Positions 1 through 9,130 of a stretch of 64,000 bases of DNA are shown in pieces. The first letter of the stretch is position 1. Every line of letters begins with the position of its first letter. Made by a program: the position numbers and the translations under genes. The stretch is from a plasmid. Under the pieces are notes generated by a model. The model was given only the letters and a program-made list of their open reading frames with translations, searched no databases and was not told the DNA's origin. The stretch lies in the sequence record NZ_CP027239.1; one strand, 5' to 3'.

Positions 1-105
1 GCTGAGATGACCCCGCTCGATGCCGCCGACGCCGGTGTCACGCTCGGCCCGTACTGCGGGCCGGTGGCCCTGGCCAACGGTTGCGTCGAGCCCGGCGGCC
101 AGTAG
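1..105 (+). CDS. 3' end of an unidentified gene (partial)
   Basis: Open frame from window start to TAG at 103-105; GC3-rich. Confidence 0.3.
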   Translation, partial: AEMTPLDAADAGVTLGPYCGPVALANGCVEPGGQ

Positions 106-183
106 CCCCACAGGCATGCCGCGGGAAGCGTCGACGCCCGTCGGCCTTCGGGCCCGGCCCCCGCTGCTGGCTACGATCTGACG

Positions 184-1254
184 ATGCACGCTGACGGCCA
201 CTTCACTCAGGTCAAAGTCCGCGCCGGAGACACTTCCGATGGTGCGGAGCGCCTGGTTTGGACCTCGGACATGCTCTCAGTCGAGGAGATGACCCCCACG
301 GTTCGTGACGACGGCGGGATGACGATCGTCGCTGGGGAGTTCCACGGCCACGCCGCCCAGGTTGGGACGTGGGTCGGGCCCGACGGGCTGCAGCTTGACG
401 AGGCAGATCCCGCCCCGCCCGAGTCAGCTGATTCCGGGCCCGTGCGTTACGTCGTGTGCCGAACCCTGCGTTACGGCAACGAGCACCAGGAGCTGGTGAA
501 CGTCGGCGCCGGGGCCGTCGAACTCTCCGACCACGAGGTGGAGCACTTGTGTCGGGCGCTGCTGTCCGATCTGTTGTGCGGTGCCGATGGGGATGCCGCG
601 GCGGCTGCCAGGTTCGCGGGCCAGGCGCCTACCTACCGCACGATCGTCTGCCGATTCCCTGCCGAGCACGAGGGGGTCCGTCACGGCACGTTCCTCTTGG
701 TGCTGACCGAGGGGCTGCGTCAGATCCGGGTGGTCGGCCAATGCCAGACCTACCGTCAGGCGCACACCTACGACGCATCTGCGCTGGTGGCTGCCGATGT
801 GGACGACATCTGGTTCACCGATGACAGCGAGATGATCGTCAGGCGGGTAGCGCTGAAACTGATGCGCGGCGTCCCGGCCCTCTACTCGATCTCGGTTCAG
901 CACGCCGGCTACCGGGGCGCCTACGAGGTCAACACCCGGCAGGAGGATCCCGACCTCGAGCTGACCGCCTCTGAGCGCTTCATCGCCCGCATGCTGGCTC
1001 GCCTGGTCGATAGACGGCGCGGCGCCGAAGCCGACCAGGCCTGGGCCAGTGCCGGACCCGTCGTGTGGCCGAACCTGACGCTGATGGTCGACGAAGCCAA
1101 CGCAGCGTGGCGCGAAGAAGAGGACCTGTGCTCTGAACTGGCCGAGCACGGCCTTCTCCAGGATCCTTACGCGTTCGACTCTCCCGACGACAGTTGGATC
1201 TTCCGCGAGGGACTGCGCTACAGCGACCTGATCCACTCCACTGTCCTGTGGTGA
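184..1254 (+). CDS. hypothetical protein (356 aa)
   Basis: High GC3; the overlapping minus-strand ORF 424..1236 is Arg-rich shadow; C-terminal 33 codons duplicated at 2825-2927. Confidence 0.55.
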   Translation: MHADGHFTQVKVRAGDTSDGAERLVWTSDMLSVEEMTPTVRDDGGMTIVAGEFHGHAAQVGTWVGPDGLQLDEADPAPPESADSGPVRYVVCRTLRYGNEHQELVNVGAGAVELSDHEVEHLCRALLSDLLCGADGDAAAAARFAGQAPTYRTIVCRFPAEHEGVRHGTFLLVLTEGLRQIRVVGQCQTYRQAHTYDASALVAADVDDIWFTDDSEMIVRRVALKLMRGVPALYSISVQHAGYRGAYEVNTRQEDPDLELTASERFIARMLARLVDRRRGAEADQAWASAGPVVWPNLTLMVDEANAAWREEEDLCSELAEHGLLQDPYAFDSPDDSWIFREGLRYSDLIHSTVLW

Positions 1255-1258
1255 GCGC
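1156..1258 (+). repeat. direct repeat copy 1 (~100 bp, ~97% identical to 2824-2927)
   Basis: Near-identical nt string ctccaggatccttacgcgttcgactctcccgacgac...ctgtggtgagcg at both sites. Confidence 0.85.
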
Positions 1259-1422
1259 CAACCCGGTTCGTCCTGCAGGGGCGCCTCTCGCGGGCGGCGG
1301 CGTCTGGGCCGCGGACCAGTAGCAAACGTCCGCAGGCCATTGCTGGCTGTGCGCGGCCAGGCGACTCTGAGGACACTGCGGTAAGCACGGAGCCGGGGCG
1401 TTACTGCCGACTTCGACAGCGT

Positions 1423-2595
1423 CTACTGCGGTGCGTCCAGCTCGGGCATGGCGGTCGCCCATCGGGCCAGATCATCGGCGGTGGCGGTCAATGCAGTCAG
1501 TTCGGCCCGCAGAACCTCGGCTACTCCGCTGGCGTTGGCTGTCAATGAAGTGAGGTGCTCGGCGGCGAGTTCATTTCCGGGCATGCCCCCGACCACCTGG
1601 GCTGCCAGATCATCGGCTTCCGTTGACCGCAGACGGTTGAGCTCGTCCAAGCGCTCACCGATGTCGCTAACAGCCATGTGCAACGCCACCAGGGACACGA
1701 CTCGCTCACGCAGCGAGGCCACGCCGGCGTCGTAGATGTTCTGACGCCCTTCCCACACGGCTACCGCCTCGTCGCCAAGCAGAGAGGGTCGTTCTCCATT
1801 GGATTGGCGCAGTCGCGCGAGGGATGAGACGAACTTGCCGACCTGGATAGCTTCTTCTCTGAGATTGATCTGGGCGCGTGGCCCGGCCAGGGTTTCTGAC
1901 CTCCAGGCAGGGGAGTTCTGCAGCGCCCCGGTTGCCTTAAAAGCAACGTCGAGCAGGAATTGTTCGTCGCTGGTGAGGTGTTCTGGCGCGCGCTGTGGGG
2001 ACGAGTCGAAGGTACCGCGGAGGCCTCTTCTGGCGCTGGCCCGCCAGTGAACGGCCAGCTTTAACGTGCTCGCGGCGACGATCAGCAGAACGACGGTGGT
2101 GATCATGGTGACGAGAACTGCGGTTGTCACCCCGGCAACCATGGCGATCGCGGTGAGTCCTGAGACGCTGATGCCGCCAGCAAGGAGCAGCGTGGGGAGT
2201 GGCTCCAAGGAGATTGAGGCTATCGGAGGCGAGGTGTAAAGCTCGGCGGGCCTTAGAGTGGGCTTCGCGGACTTCCGTGCCGGCGCGTACTCGTAGGGGA
2301 CGGGGTCGCTCGCGTGGTATCCGCGTTCTTGGAGGTCGAAGGCGACGGGCAATCCCTGTCGCACTGCTTCATCGAAGCGCTTCTTGTCGGCATTGTTGGC
2401 TGGCAGGTAGAGGTCGCCGACAGTGCGTCCCTTGGCCATCTCCACGACTACTTGCGGATCGTGGGAGGTGGTGAACATGGCGAGGTGCTTACGGGCTCTC
2501 GCTGTGAGGGACTCCCGGAGTTGGGCAGGCGCGGCGTGCTGGAGGGCTTTATCAGCAGCTGTGGAGGCGACGCTGTCTGGTTCCTGACGGGTCAT
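1423..2595 (-). CDS. membrane protein (multi-TM N-terminal, coiled-coil C-terminal); paralog of 35049..36101
   Basis: Hydrophobic helices (ISVSGLTAIAMVAGVTTAVLVTMITTVVLLIVAASTL); start refined to MTRQEP with RBS ggaagg; shares ...SLRERV...ALHMAV/ALQMVV...PGNELAAEHL with the 35049..36101 product. Confidence 0.6.
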   Translation of the reverse strand: MTRQEPDSVASTAADKALQHAAPAQLRESLTARARKHLAMFTTSHDPQVVVEMAKGRTVGDLYLPANNADKKRFDEAVRQGLPVAFDLQERGYHASDPVPYEYAPARKSAKPTLRPAELYTSPPIASISLEPLPTLLLAGGISVSGLTAIAMVAGVTTAVLVTMITTVVLLIVAASTLKLAVHWRASARRGLRGTFDSSPQRAPEHLTSDEQFLLDVAFKATGALQNSPAWRSETLAGPRAQINLREEAIQVGKFVSSLARLRQSNGERPSLLGDEAVAVWEGRQNIYDAGVASLRERVVSLVALHMAVSDIGERLDELNRLRSTEADDLAAQVVGGMPGNELAAEHLTSLTANASGVAEVLRAELTALTATADDLARWATAMPELDAPQ

Positions 2596-2823
2596 AGTGA
2601 ACCTTCCGGGAAAGTCGCCGAGGCATACCGCTCGGGCGTTTGTCTGGGCTGGTTGGAGAGGTAACCGTATCGGCGGTCCTTGCCGGCTGTGGTGCCGCGA
2701 AGAAAGCAATCAGGCCCGGCCGCTCAGCGATGCTGCACTCTGTCGGGTCGATTGCAGTGTTGAGCCATCAAGCCCACGCCATCCGGTCGTGGGGGTACGT
2801 CAAAGGAGTTACCCATGGAGCCG

Positions 2824-2927
2824 ATCTCCAGGATCCTTACGCGTTCGACTCTCCCGACGACAGCTGGATCTTCCGCGAGGGACTGCGCTACAGCGACCTG
2901 ATCCACTCGACTGTGCTGTGGTGAGCG
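2824..2927 (+). repeat. direct repeat copy 2; duplicated 3' fragment of gene 184..1254 (track ORF 2640..2924 is not a gene)
   Basis: Identical 33-codon tail ...DPYAFDSPDDSWIFREGLRYSDLIHSTVLW* without a matching gene body. Confidence 0.8.
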
Positions 2928-3011
2928 GCGGGCGAGATTTCACCTGGGACGGCACGACTGGCGAAGACAATGGATTCTCGGATTCTCGTCTACTGAGGAA
3001 GCCCTTCGCCC

Positions 3012-3443
3012 ATGAACGATCCCGTGATTTTGCTCGACATCGACGGCACCTGCTCGCCGATGTGCGCCTCGAATCTTCTTCCCGGGCGGTGGGAGCCCTG
3101 GGTGCGCGGCCAGTTCGGATGGAACAAAGGCTGGACGTCCGCGGCGATGGCCACCGCTCTACAGTCGCTGGCCCAGATTGCGGACGTACGGTGGTGCACC
3201 GGATGGGAGGCCGAGTCCGCGGCTTACGGCGCCGCCCTGGGCCTGGACTCACCGTGGATTCCCCTCGGCGCCGGCTGCTCAGAACGCATGTGGAAGCTGT
3301 CCGCAGTTGATGCAGCGCTGCCCGATCGCCCGGTGTGGTGGATCGACGACGAGCACGACGATTCCAGCACTCAGTGGGCGGAGACGCGGACGGCTCGTGG
3401 GGTCCCCACGACTGTAGTGGCGTGCGCCCGAACGTCGGTCTGA
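3012..3443 (+). CDS. hypothetical protein, possible small HAD-like hydrolase
   Basis: ILLDIDGT (HAD motif I DxDGT-like) and WWIDDEHDD; high GC3; overlapping minus ORF 2809..3567 is Arg/Pro-rich shadow. Confidence 0.4.
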   Translation: MNDPVILLDIDGTCSPMCASNLLPGRWEPWVRGQFGWNKGWTSAAMATALQSLAQIADVRWCTGWEAESAAYGAALGLDSPWIPLGAGCSERMWKLSAVDAALPDRPVWWIDDEHDDSSTQWAETRTARGVPTTVVACARTSV

Positions 3444-3515
3444 CCTCGTACGACGTGCAGGCCGCCGCCCGCTGGGTTGGTGGGGTCGCGAGGCGGTGAG
3501 TGAGTGGCTTGCAGA

Positions 3516-3524
3516 CTGCTGCAC
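3516..3524 (+). promoter_or_regulatory. STGCTGCAC promoter-like motif copy (representative; full list of ~30 copies given in findings)
   Basis: Exact 9-mer; A-initial second block 17 nt downstream; gene start 69 bp downstream. Confidence 0.6.
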
Positions 3525-3584
3525 CGCGCCGGCTGCAGCGGAGAGTGAGTGCAGCCCGTTCACCCACCCCTCAGGAGGCTCACC

Positions 3585-3959
3585 ATGACCGCACACCGTG
3601 GAGTGCTCGTCGAACCCGACGGCACCGTCAGCATTGAGACCTTCGACTCCGTAGATCTGGAGGCGCTCAGGACAACGGTCGGCGCACGCTACGTCGATGT
3701 CGTCCGGGTCGCGAGCATGGGCGGTGCCGATGATCTGACTCTGGACGCCTGGGTGGATGACGAGGGGCTGTTCACCGCCGAGTTCAACCCGGTCGCCAGT
3801 TTCATGGTCGCCAGCCTGCTGGGGGCGACCTGCCAGCGCTTTCACGGCAAGATGCTGTTCGTGGCCGGAAACACGACCACCGGTGACAGCGTGGGCCTGC
3901 CGGCGGTCACCGAGAAGGCACTTGTCGACTTGGGGGAGTACCTGGCCAAGTCGCTGTGA
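3585..3959 (+). CDS. hypothetical protein, paralog family 1 (with 24534..24962 and 30276..30749)
   Basis: RBS aggagg; motif copy 69 bp upstream; shared core (VLVEPDGTV / LIAVDGTT / LVIAVDGTT ... LHGPVVL). Confidence 0.6.
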   Translation: MTAHRGVLVEPDGTVSIETFDSVDLEALRTTVGARYVDVVRVASMGGADDLTLDAWVDDEGLFTAEFNPVASFMVASLLGATCQRFHGKMLFVAGNTTTGDSVGLPAVTEKALVDLGEYLAKSL

Positions 3960-4158
3960 TCGCGCGGGCAGGGCCCGCTCGAGTGCAGACGGGGCGGGCT
4001 CTGCCCGCTGCCTGGGCACGCGGGCGCACTGTCCGTGATTAGCCCCAGGCCGGCGTCCTGCCGCTGGTCTCGGGCGTGCTGCACCGACACGGGCAGGGGA
4101 GAGGGTGGAGCCCGACCGGCCCGCCGCCCTTGGGCCATCTGAGACGAGGAGGAAGACC

Positions 4159-4419
4159 ATGACTGACGCCGCCCGCACGATCACCTTCGCCAGCGGAAAC
4201 CTGCCGGGAAACCCGCACAGCAGCAGCGCCCACGAGTTCGCCGAGTCGGCTGAGGTGCTGGCCCTCGTCCACGAGCAGCGCACCGCGAACCTCATCGCCC
4301 TGCTCAACACTCCTGATGTGCCCACCAGTGACCGCTCGGCCCTGCTGGACGCTGTCTACAAGAACCTGGGCATCGAGGTCACGAAGCCCGGCGATGGGGG
4401 AGCGGCTCTCAACCTGTGA
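4159..4419 (+). CDS. hypothetical protein (86 aa)
   Basis: RBS gaggagg; GTGCTGCAC motif ~75 bp upstream; hairpin terminator follows. Confidence 0.5.
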   Translation: MTDAARTITFASGNLPGNPHSSSAHEFAESAEVLALVHEQRTANLIALLNTPDVPTSDRSALLDAVYKNLGIEVTKPGDGGAALNL

Positions 4420-4429
4420 CCTGACACGG

Positions 4430-4460
4430 CCCCGCCCGACCAACGGGCGGGGCCGTCCCG
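4430..4460 (+). terminator. GC-rich hairpin (cggccccgccc-N7-gggcggggccg)
   Basis: 11-bp perfect stem right after stop of 4159..4419. Confidence 0.4.
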
Positions 4461-4572
4461 CATCCGACGCCAGCGGTGGAGATGGTCGGACAGAAAGCCC
4501 CCGAAAGCACGTAAGTTCTGGCTGCGGCCTGCACCTCGGGCGCAGTGGACCTCGGCGAAGGAGACAACGGCA

Positions 4573-4974
4573 GTGCGCGACGACGAATCCCGCTCGCTGG
4601 GGCGCGCCATCCGCGCGGCCAGGCTGGAGGCTGGGCTGACCCAGCTCAAACTGGCGGTCGCGGTAGGGGTCAGCGCCGGGCAGATCGGTGTGTGGGAGCG
4701 CGGTCGGGTCTCGCCTGCACGCGGCCGTGCCGCCTACGTGCCGGAGGTGTCCCGCGAGCAACTCGAGGCGATCGCGGCGGCGCTGGGCTGCGAGGTCGCG
4801 GCCATCGCTGATCGGGCGGCGCTGTCCGCCGCCACCCGGCTCATGCTCGGGTTGGAGCCGCTCGGCCCGGCCAGCACCGTCATCGCCGGGATCGAGTACG
4901 ACCTCTCCGAAGCCGAGACCGACCGGGTCGCTGCTTTCGTCGCGGGCCTCATCGCCGCCCGCGAACTGCACTGA
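4573..4974 (+). CDS. XRE-family helix-turn-helix transcriptional regulator
   Basis: LGRAIRAARLEAGLTQLKLAVAVGVSAGQIGVWERG is a classic XRE HTH; GTG start with RBS aagga. Confidence 0.6.
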   Translation: MRDDESRSLGRAIRAARLEAGLTQLKLAVAVGVSAGQIGVWERGRVSPARGRAAYVPEVSREQLEAIAAALGCEVAAIADRAALSAATRLMLGLEPLGPASTVIAGIEYDLSEAETDRVAAFVAGLIAARELH

Positions 4975-5065
4975 TCGTCCACTGCTGCACCTGTCGCGGG
5001 CGCCGAGACAGTGGTTGCAGACAGCGACGCGAACAGCGCGGAGCGCCCGAGGCGAGGAGCCCATC

Positions 5066-5449
5066 ATGGACCTGCAGACCATTCAGTTCGACACCCTCGA
5101 CGCCGACGCCCTGGACCGCCTCAAGCGGGCGGAGGACAACCTGCGTTTCGACGGGGACCACGATCCGCTGCTGAACCTGCGCGGCCTGATCACCGACCTC
5201 AACTCGGTCGGGGTCTGGCCGGGGCGGGACGTGCTCGCCACCCCCGAGGGCGGACTGGTCTCCGACGGACTGGACCTCAAGGTCAACATCACCGGGTTCA
5301 CCTACGTGTCGTGCTTCATCGACTCGATGGACGAACTGGTGGGCGACGAGGGCTGGACGTGGCGAAGCATCGCCCAGGCCGTCACGGACCGCCTCAATGA
5401 GGAGATCCAGGCTGCTCGCGAAGCGCTGATCGCCCCGGCCTACACCTGA
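5066..5449 (+). CDS. hypothetical protein (127 aa)
   Basis: Motif copy 76 bp upstream; RBS gaggag; terminator downstream. Confidence 0.5.
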   Translation: MDLQTIQFDTLDADALDRLKRAEDNLRFDGDHDPLLNLRGLITDLNSVGVWPGRDVLATPEGGLVSDGLDLKVNITGFTYVSCFIDSMDELVGDEGWTWRSIAQAVTDRLNEEIQAAREALIAPAYT

Positions 5450-5466
5450 CGGGCAGACCATAGGCC

Positions 5467-5496
5467 CCGCACCCGAACCGGGTGCGGGGCACTTCT
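5467..5496 (+). terminator. intrinsic terminator (ccccgcaccc-loop-gggtgcgggg followed by cttctttg)
   Basis: 10-bp stem plus T-rich tail after stop at 5449. Confidence 0.5.
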
Positions 5497-5639
5497 TTGC
5501 GCCACGGTCCCGCTGTCCGAGCTGCTGGCTGCCGCAGCACCCTTCGCAGAGGACGGGGCCTGGCGATCTCGCCTGCTGCACTTCCCGAAGCGCATCCGAT
5601 GCTGATCGGGACATGCACCCCTGGCGGAAGGACACCCCG

Positions 5640-6083
5640 ATGCGCTCACTGGACCTGGTCTTACACGCGATCACCGACGACGAACGGGCACGGCTCGACG
5701 ACACGGCCTCACAGCTGCGCGAACCCGACGACTGGAACGCCGGCACCCGTGGACTGTGGCGCTTCTCGTATGAGGGGTTCGACAGTCTGCGCCATTTCGT
5801 GAACGCCTTGGCCGATTGCGGGGGCCTGCAGTGGGCGCAGAGGGGCGGGTTCGACCTGCTGGCGACGTTCGAGTCGGGCGACGGCTCGAACGACATGGAC
5901 GACGGCCTCAACATCTCCGTCGCCTTGCACCTGGGCGACATCCAACGCTCGTTCTCGCCCCTGATCACCGTGTTCGTGGACGACGTGGCCGCGTTCCTGG
6001 GGGAGGAGCCCACCGTGGAGTCCGCCGCGACCGCGATTCGCGACGCGCTCAACGAGACCCTCGCGCATTTCGCGGCCGAGTAG
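5640..6083 (+). CDS. hypothetical protein, tandem paralog of 6136..6582
   Basis: Motif 59 bp upstream; RBS ggaagg; shares DGLNISVALHLGD/TEFINISVLLPTKN and AATAIRDAL/CAEAVARAL with next gene. Confidence 0.55.
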   Translation: MRSLDLVLHAITDDERARLDDTASQLREPDDWNAGTRGLWRFSYEGFDSLRHFVNALADCGGLQWAQRGGFDLLATFESGDGSNDMDDGLNISVALHLGDIQRSFSPLITVFVDDVAAFLGEEPTVESAATAIRDALNETLAHFAAE

Positions 6084-6135
6084 ACGTCCCGATCGCCGCG
6101 GCCAACTTCCAGCACTTCGACCGAAAGGCCCCACC

Positions 6136-6582
6136 ATGACTTCGCTGCTGATCAACTTCGACGACCTCGACCCCTCCGACCGTGCCGACCTGGAGGATCT
6201 GGCCACCTCGCTGGTCGAACCCGCCGACCACCGCTCTGAATGGGAGGGCCGCTGGTCCAAGTCGTTCCGCGCCTTGGACGCACTGCGCAGCCTGATCAAC
6301 GAGTTCGCCGCCCACGACGTGCTGCGGTGGGCCGACGGCACCCCGGCCGGGGCGACGGCCTCGTTCGACTCCGACGGTGAGCAGACCGACACCGAGTTCA
6401 TCAACATCTCCGTGCTGCTGCCGACCAAGAACACCACCGGCCGGTTCGGGGCGTTCGTGATGTTCCTGGTCTCCGACATCGACGACCTGCTGCCGGCGAG
6501 CGAGCGCACCGCGGCCACCTGCGCCGAGGCGGTGGCCCGGGCACTGGGCGACGCGGTCGCCGATGCGTGCACTGCTGCCTGA
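6136..6582 (+). CDS. hypothetical protein, tandem paralog of 5640..6083
   Basis: Same length (148 aa) and conserved blocks as upstream gene. Confidence 0.55.
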   Translation: MTSLLINFDDLDPSDRADLEDLATSLVEPADHRSEWEGRWSKSFRALDALRSLINEFAAHDVLRWADGTPAGATASFDSDGEQTDTEFINISVLLPTKNTTGRFGAFVMFLVSDIDDLLPASERTAATCAEAVARALGDAVADACTAA

Positions 6583-6589
6583 GTCGGCG

Positions 6590-6611
6590 GGCCCCTCCGG
6601 GGCCCGCACCG
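6590..6611 (+). terminator. hairpin gcgggcccc-tcc-ggggcccgc
   Basis: Perfect 9-bp stem immediately after stop 6582. Confidence 0.45.
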
Positions 6612-6692
6612 GGCGGGCGGCTGGCGCTGTCCGGCCAGGTCGAAGCACGGCCGGTCCCGCCGAAGGGAGGGGCAAGCGAGCGGTCGGCGGCA

Positions 6693-6701
6693 CTGCTGCA
6701 C
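6693..6701 (+). promoter_or_regulatory. STGCTGCAC promoter-like motif copy
   Basis: GCTGTCCGG 76 bp upstream, ACGCTG second block, ATG 60 bp downstream. Confidence 0.6.
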
Positions 6702-6760
6702 CCGCGGCAACGGCGGAGACGCTGACGGGGCAGTACCCACCCCGCTCGAGAGGAACCGCC

Positions 6761-7123
6761 ATGCACGATGACACCTCCACCCCTGATCCCCGCCCGCTCG
6801 CCGGTGCCGCCCTGGTCCTGCTCGGCGACGCCGTGCCACAGGAGACGGTCCGGCAGTGGTGGCAGGCCGCCCGCCACGTCTCCCGGCAGACGGTGGCCAG
6901 CGGCCAGCCCAGCCCCGCCCAGCAGGACGGGCAGGTGTGCATGACTGCGTTCCTGGGCGAGGTGCACCGACTGCTCGGGGAGGACGACGTGGCCCGCGAC
7001 GCGGCGATCAGCGCAGCGGCCTCGCAGGCCGACCTGATGGCCTTCCTTGCCACAAAGGAGCCGATCATGCGGGCCGCGATGCCCGACTACCTGCCGATCC
7101 TGCAGGGCTACCTGAACCCGTGA
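6761..7123 (+). CDS. hypothetical protein (120 aa)
   Basis: Motif 60 bp upstream; RBS gagagga. Confidence 0.5.
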   Translation: MHDDTSTPDPRPLAGAALVLLGDAVPQETVRQWWQAARHVSRQTVASGQPSPAQQDGQVCMTAFLGEVHRLLGEDDVARDAAISAAASQADLMAFLATKEPIMRAAMPDYLPILQGYLNP

Positions 7124-7310
7124 GCCTGGCACTGGGTGGGGCCACGGGCCTCGCCCAGCGCCTGCCGTCCCGGGCCCGCGCTGTCCGGGGGTCGGCAGGC
7201 CAGCCGCGACCTGCGGTGAGAGTCGCAGCCGTCGACGACTGCTGCACCTGGCGGACGAGAAGGGAGCGTCTTGGGCAGCGACGAACCCCGACAAGCCCAG
7301 GAGCAGACCG

Positions 7311-7820
7311 ATGGCACACACCACGTTCCCCGCGATCTTCCGCGACACAGCCCTGCTGACCCCCGCCCCCGCGCACGCTGACAGTGAGGTGATCGGCGTG
7401 GACCCGCAGACCGGCTACCACGTCCTGTGCGACGGGCACTTCGATCCGGACACCGTCCCCGCTGAGGTGCGGGCGGCTAAGGCCAGCGACTTCGCGGACT
7501 ACCTCAACCTGCTGGCCCGCCGACTGCGTGCCCGCATCCACGACACCCGGTCGGCCTCGTGGGAGGGCGACTGCGAGGTGCTGGCGGCCCGAAACCTGAT
7601 CGAGGAGTTCGCCGGCTACATCTACCGTCGCGACCTGCGCGAGGCCGAAGCCCTGCAGGCCGAGCTGATCACGCAGCGGGAGGACCGGCTGGCCGGCAGG
7701 CCCCTGCCGGAGTGGCGCAACAACGGGCCGGCCCGCCCGGCGATCCGTCGTGCCGCCGCCCTGGCGGGCATCTACCGGCGTCAGGCTGCCGCGCTGGCCC
7801 CGGCCACGGCCGCTGCCTGA
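7311..7820 (+). CDS. hypothetical protein (169 aa)
   Basis: Motif 64 bp upstream; RBS aggag. Confidence 0.5.
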   Translation: MAHTTFPAIFRDTALLTPAPAHADSEVIGVDPQTGYHVLCDGHFDPDTVPAEVRAAKASDFADYLNLLARRLRARIHDTRSASWEGDCEVLAARNLIEEFAGYIYRRDLREAEALQAELITQREDRLAGRPLPEWRNNGPARPAIRRAAALAGIYRRQAAALAPATAAA

Positions 7821-7856
7821 ACGCCCCCAGCGACGACCATTCGACGAGGAGAGACG

Positions 7857-8216
7857 ATGAAACCGATCGACGCCACGAACTGCTTGACTCTCGACGACCT
7901 GCGCCCCATGGCGCTGGAGGAGTCCGCCGACGACCCCGACCATCTGAGCGCCGTCATCCGGTACACGCCGGGGGAGTGGGACGCCACGATGGGCAGGCTC
8001 ATCGAGGCCACCATGCGTGACTTTCTGGAGGACGCCCCGATGCGTGTCACGGTGGAGTACCTGACACCCGACGAAGGGGACTGGATGCGCCTGACCGGCG
8101 AACTCGTCGCACTCACCGCAGGCGGCGACGCCGTGTTCCTCGGAGGTGACCGCGGCCAGAAGCCGACCCAACGCAAGACCGTCCCGCTTGAGGACATCTA
8201 CACCCTCGCGTTCTGA
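7857..8216 (+). CDS. hypothetical protein (119 aa)
   Basis: RBS gaggagag; tightly follows previous gene. Confidence 0.5.
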   Translation: MKPIDATNCLTLDDLRPMALEESADDPDHLSAVIRYTPGEWDATMGRLIEATMRDFLEDAPMRVTVEYLTPDEGDWMRLTGELVALTAGGDAVFLGGDRGQKPTQRKTVPLEDIYTLAF

Positions 8217-8626
8217 GGGGGCGCTGCTATCCGCTGGGCCGGGGCGGTCCGCACCGGTGGGGCACTGCTGGTTGGTGGTGCGCTTGAACGTAGCCTCCTG
8301 GCCCCTCCTCGCGAAGTGGAGTCGTGCGCTTGCCCGGGCAGGAAGTCCTACGTTCGCGTGAAGAACTAGACAGGTCGTCCACACCGCCGCGGGCTAACCA
8401 AGCCGCGCTGTCCGCAGTTCAGCTGGGACACGCGCCCTCCGCCCAATCGCGAGGCGATCATTGCTCCCGCAGGCGGCGCTACCCGCACGTCGTTGATTCC
8501 GAACCTTTCCCCGGCCTGCGCACGGCTGCTGTGGTTGCCGCCGGACTCGGTGAGGGTGCTGCACCGTCAAAGCTCAGGGGCACAGTGGGCTGATCGGAAA
8601 CACAGCCCGCGTCGAGGAGGCCCCTG

Positions 8627-9073
8627 ATGAGCACTCAGCACACCATGGAGGAGCGCATGAACGCACTGTTCGGCGAACCGGTCGACCTGCCCACCGTTGA
8701 CGAGCTCGTCGCTTCCGGAGACCTCGTCGATGCGACTGGCTCCTACGCTGCCGGCAACGCCAGCGACCCCGACCGGCAGGCTCGGCTGCTGTTCAGCGCA
8801 GCCGCCTGGGACGACCTCGCCGCCTGGGACGAGAGGAACGCCGCCTACCAGGATGTTTCGGGTCGAATCCACGACGTGGTGACCGCTAGCAGGTTCTGGC
8901 ACCCGCTGACCGGACGGTGCAACTCCCGCATGCTCGGCGAACGCACCGTGTTCTCCCTGACTCGGATCCCGAACACGCCCAGGGCGACGATCCCGCGACA
9001 CACCAACGCCACCATCTACCCCGCCATCGACAACGGGCGGCTCACGCTCACCTTTCGACTGGCCTACGAGTAG
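8627..9073 (+). CDS. hypothetical protein, paralog family 2 (with 10261..10707)
   Basis: GDLVDATGSYAAG...RLLFSAAAWDDLAAWDERNAAYQDVSGRI vs GDLVDATAIYAVS...RLLFTRQAWYDVAAWDEHNTAHQSVAGRI; motif 63 bp upstream; RBS gaggagg. Confidence 0.6.
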   Translation: MSTQHTMEERMNALFGEPVDLPTVDELVASGDLVDATGSYAAGNASDPDRQARLLFSAAAWDDLAAWDERNAAYQDVSGRIHDVVTASRFWHPLTGRCNSRMLGERTVFSLTRIPNTPRATIPRHTNATIYPAIDNGRLTLTFRLAYE

Positions 9074-9130
9074 CCCCGGGCCGCAGGCGATCGCCGCAGC
9101 CGACAAGCGGCGAGGCTATACCGGTCCTCG

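Noticed and set aside
424-1236. 270-aa minus-strand ORF overlapping 184..1254
   Set aside because: Arg/Gly-rich shadow frame. The + strand frame has the higher GC3, and its 3' end is the unit that was duplicated at 2825-2927.
2640-2924. 94-aa ORF in track
   Set aside because: Only its last 33 codons are meaningful, as a duplicated fragment of 184..1254. The N-terminal part runs antisense through the end of gene 1423..2595. Treated as a repeat or pseudo-fragment.
4039-8384. Series of long minus-strand ORFs (4039..5082, 4949..6115, 5709..6839, 6049..7068, 6401..7348, 7065..8384)
   Set aside because: All lie antisense to the array of + strand genes that have RBSs, the conserved upstream motif and terminator hairpins. 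Their compositions are Arg/Gly/Pro-biased shadow frames.
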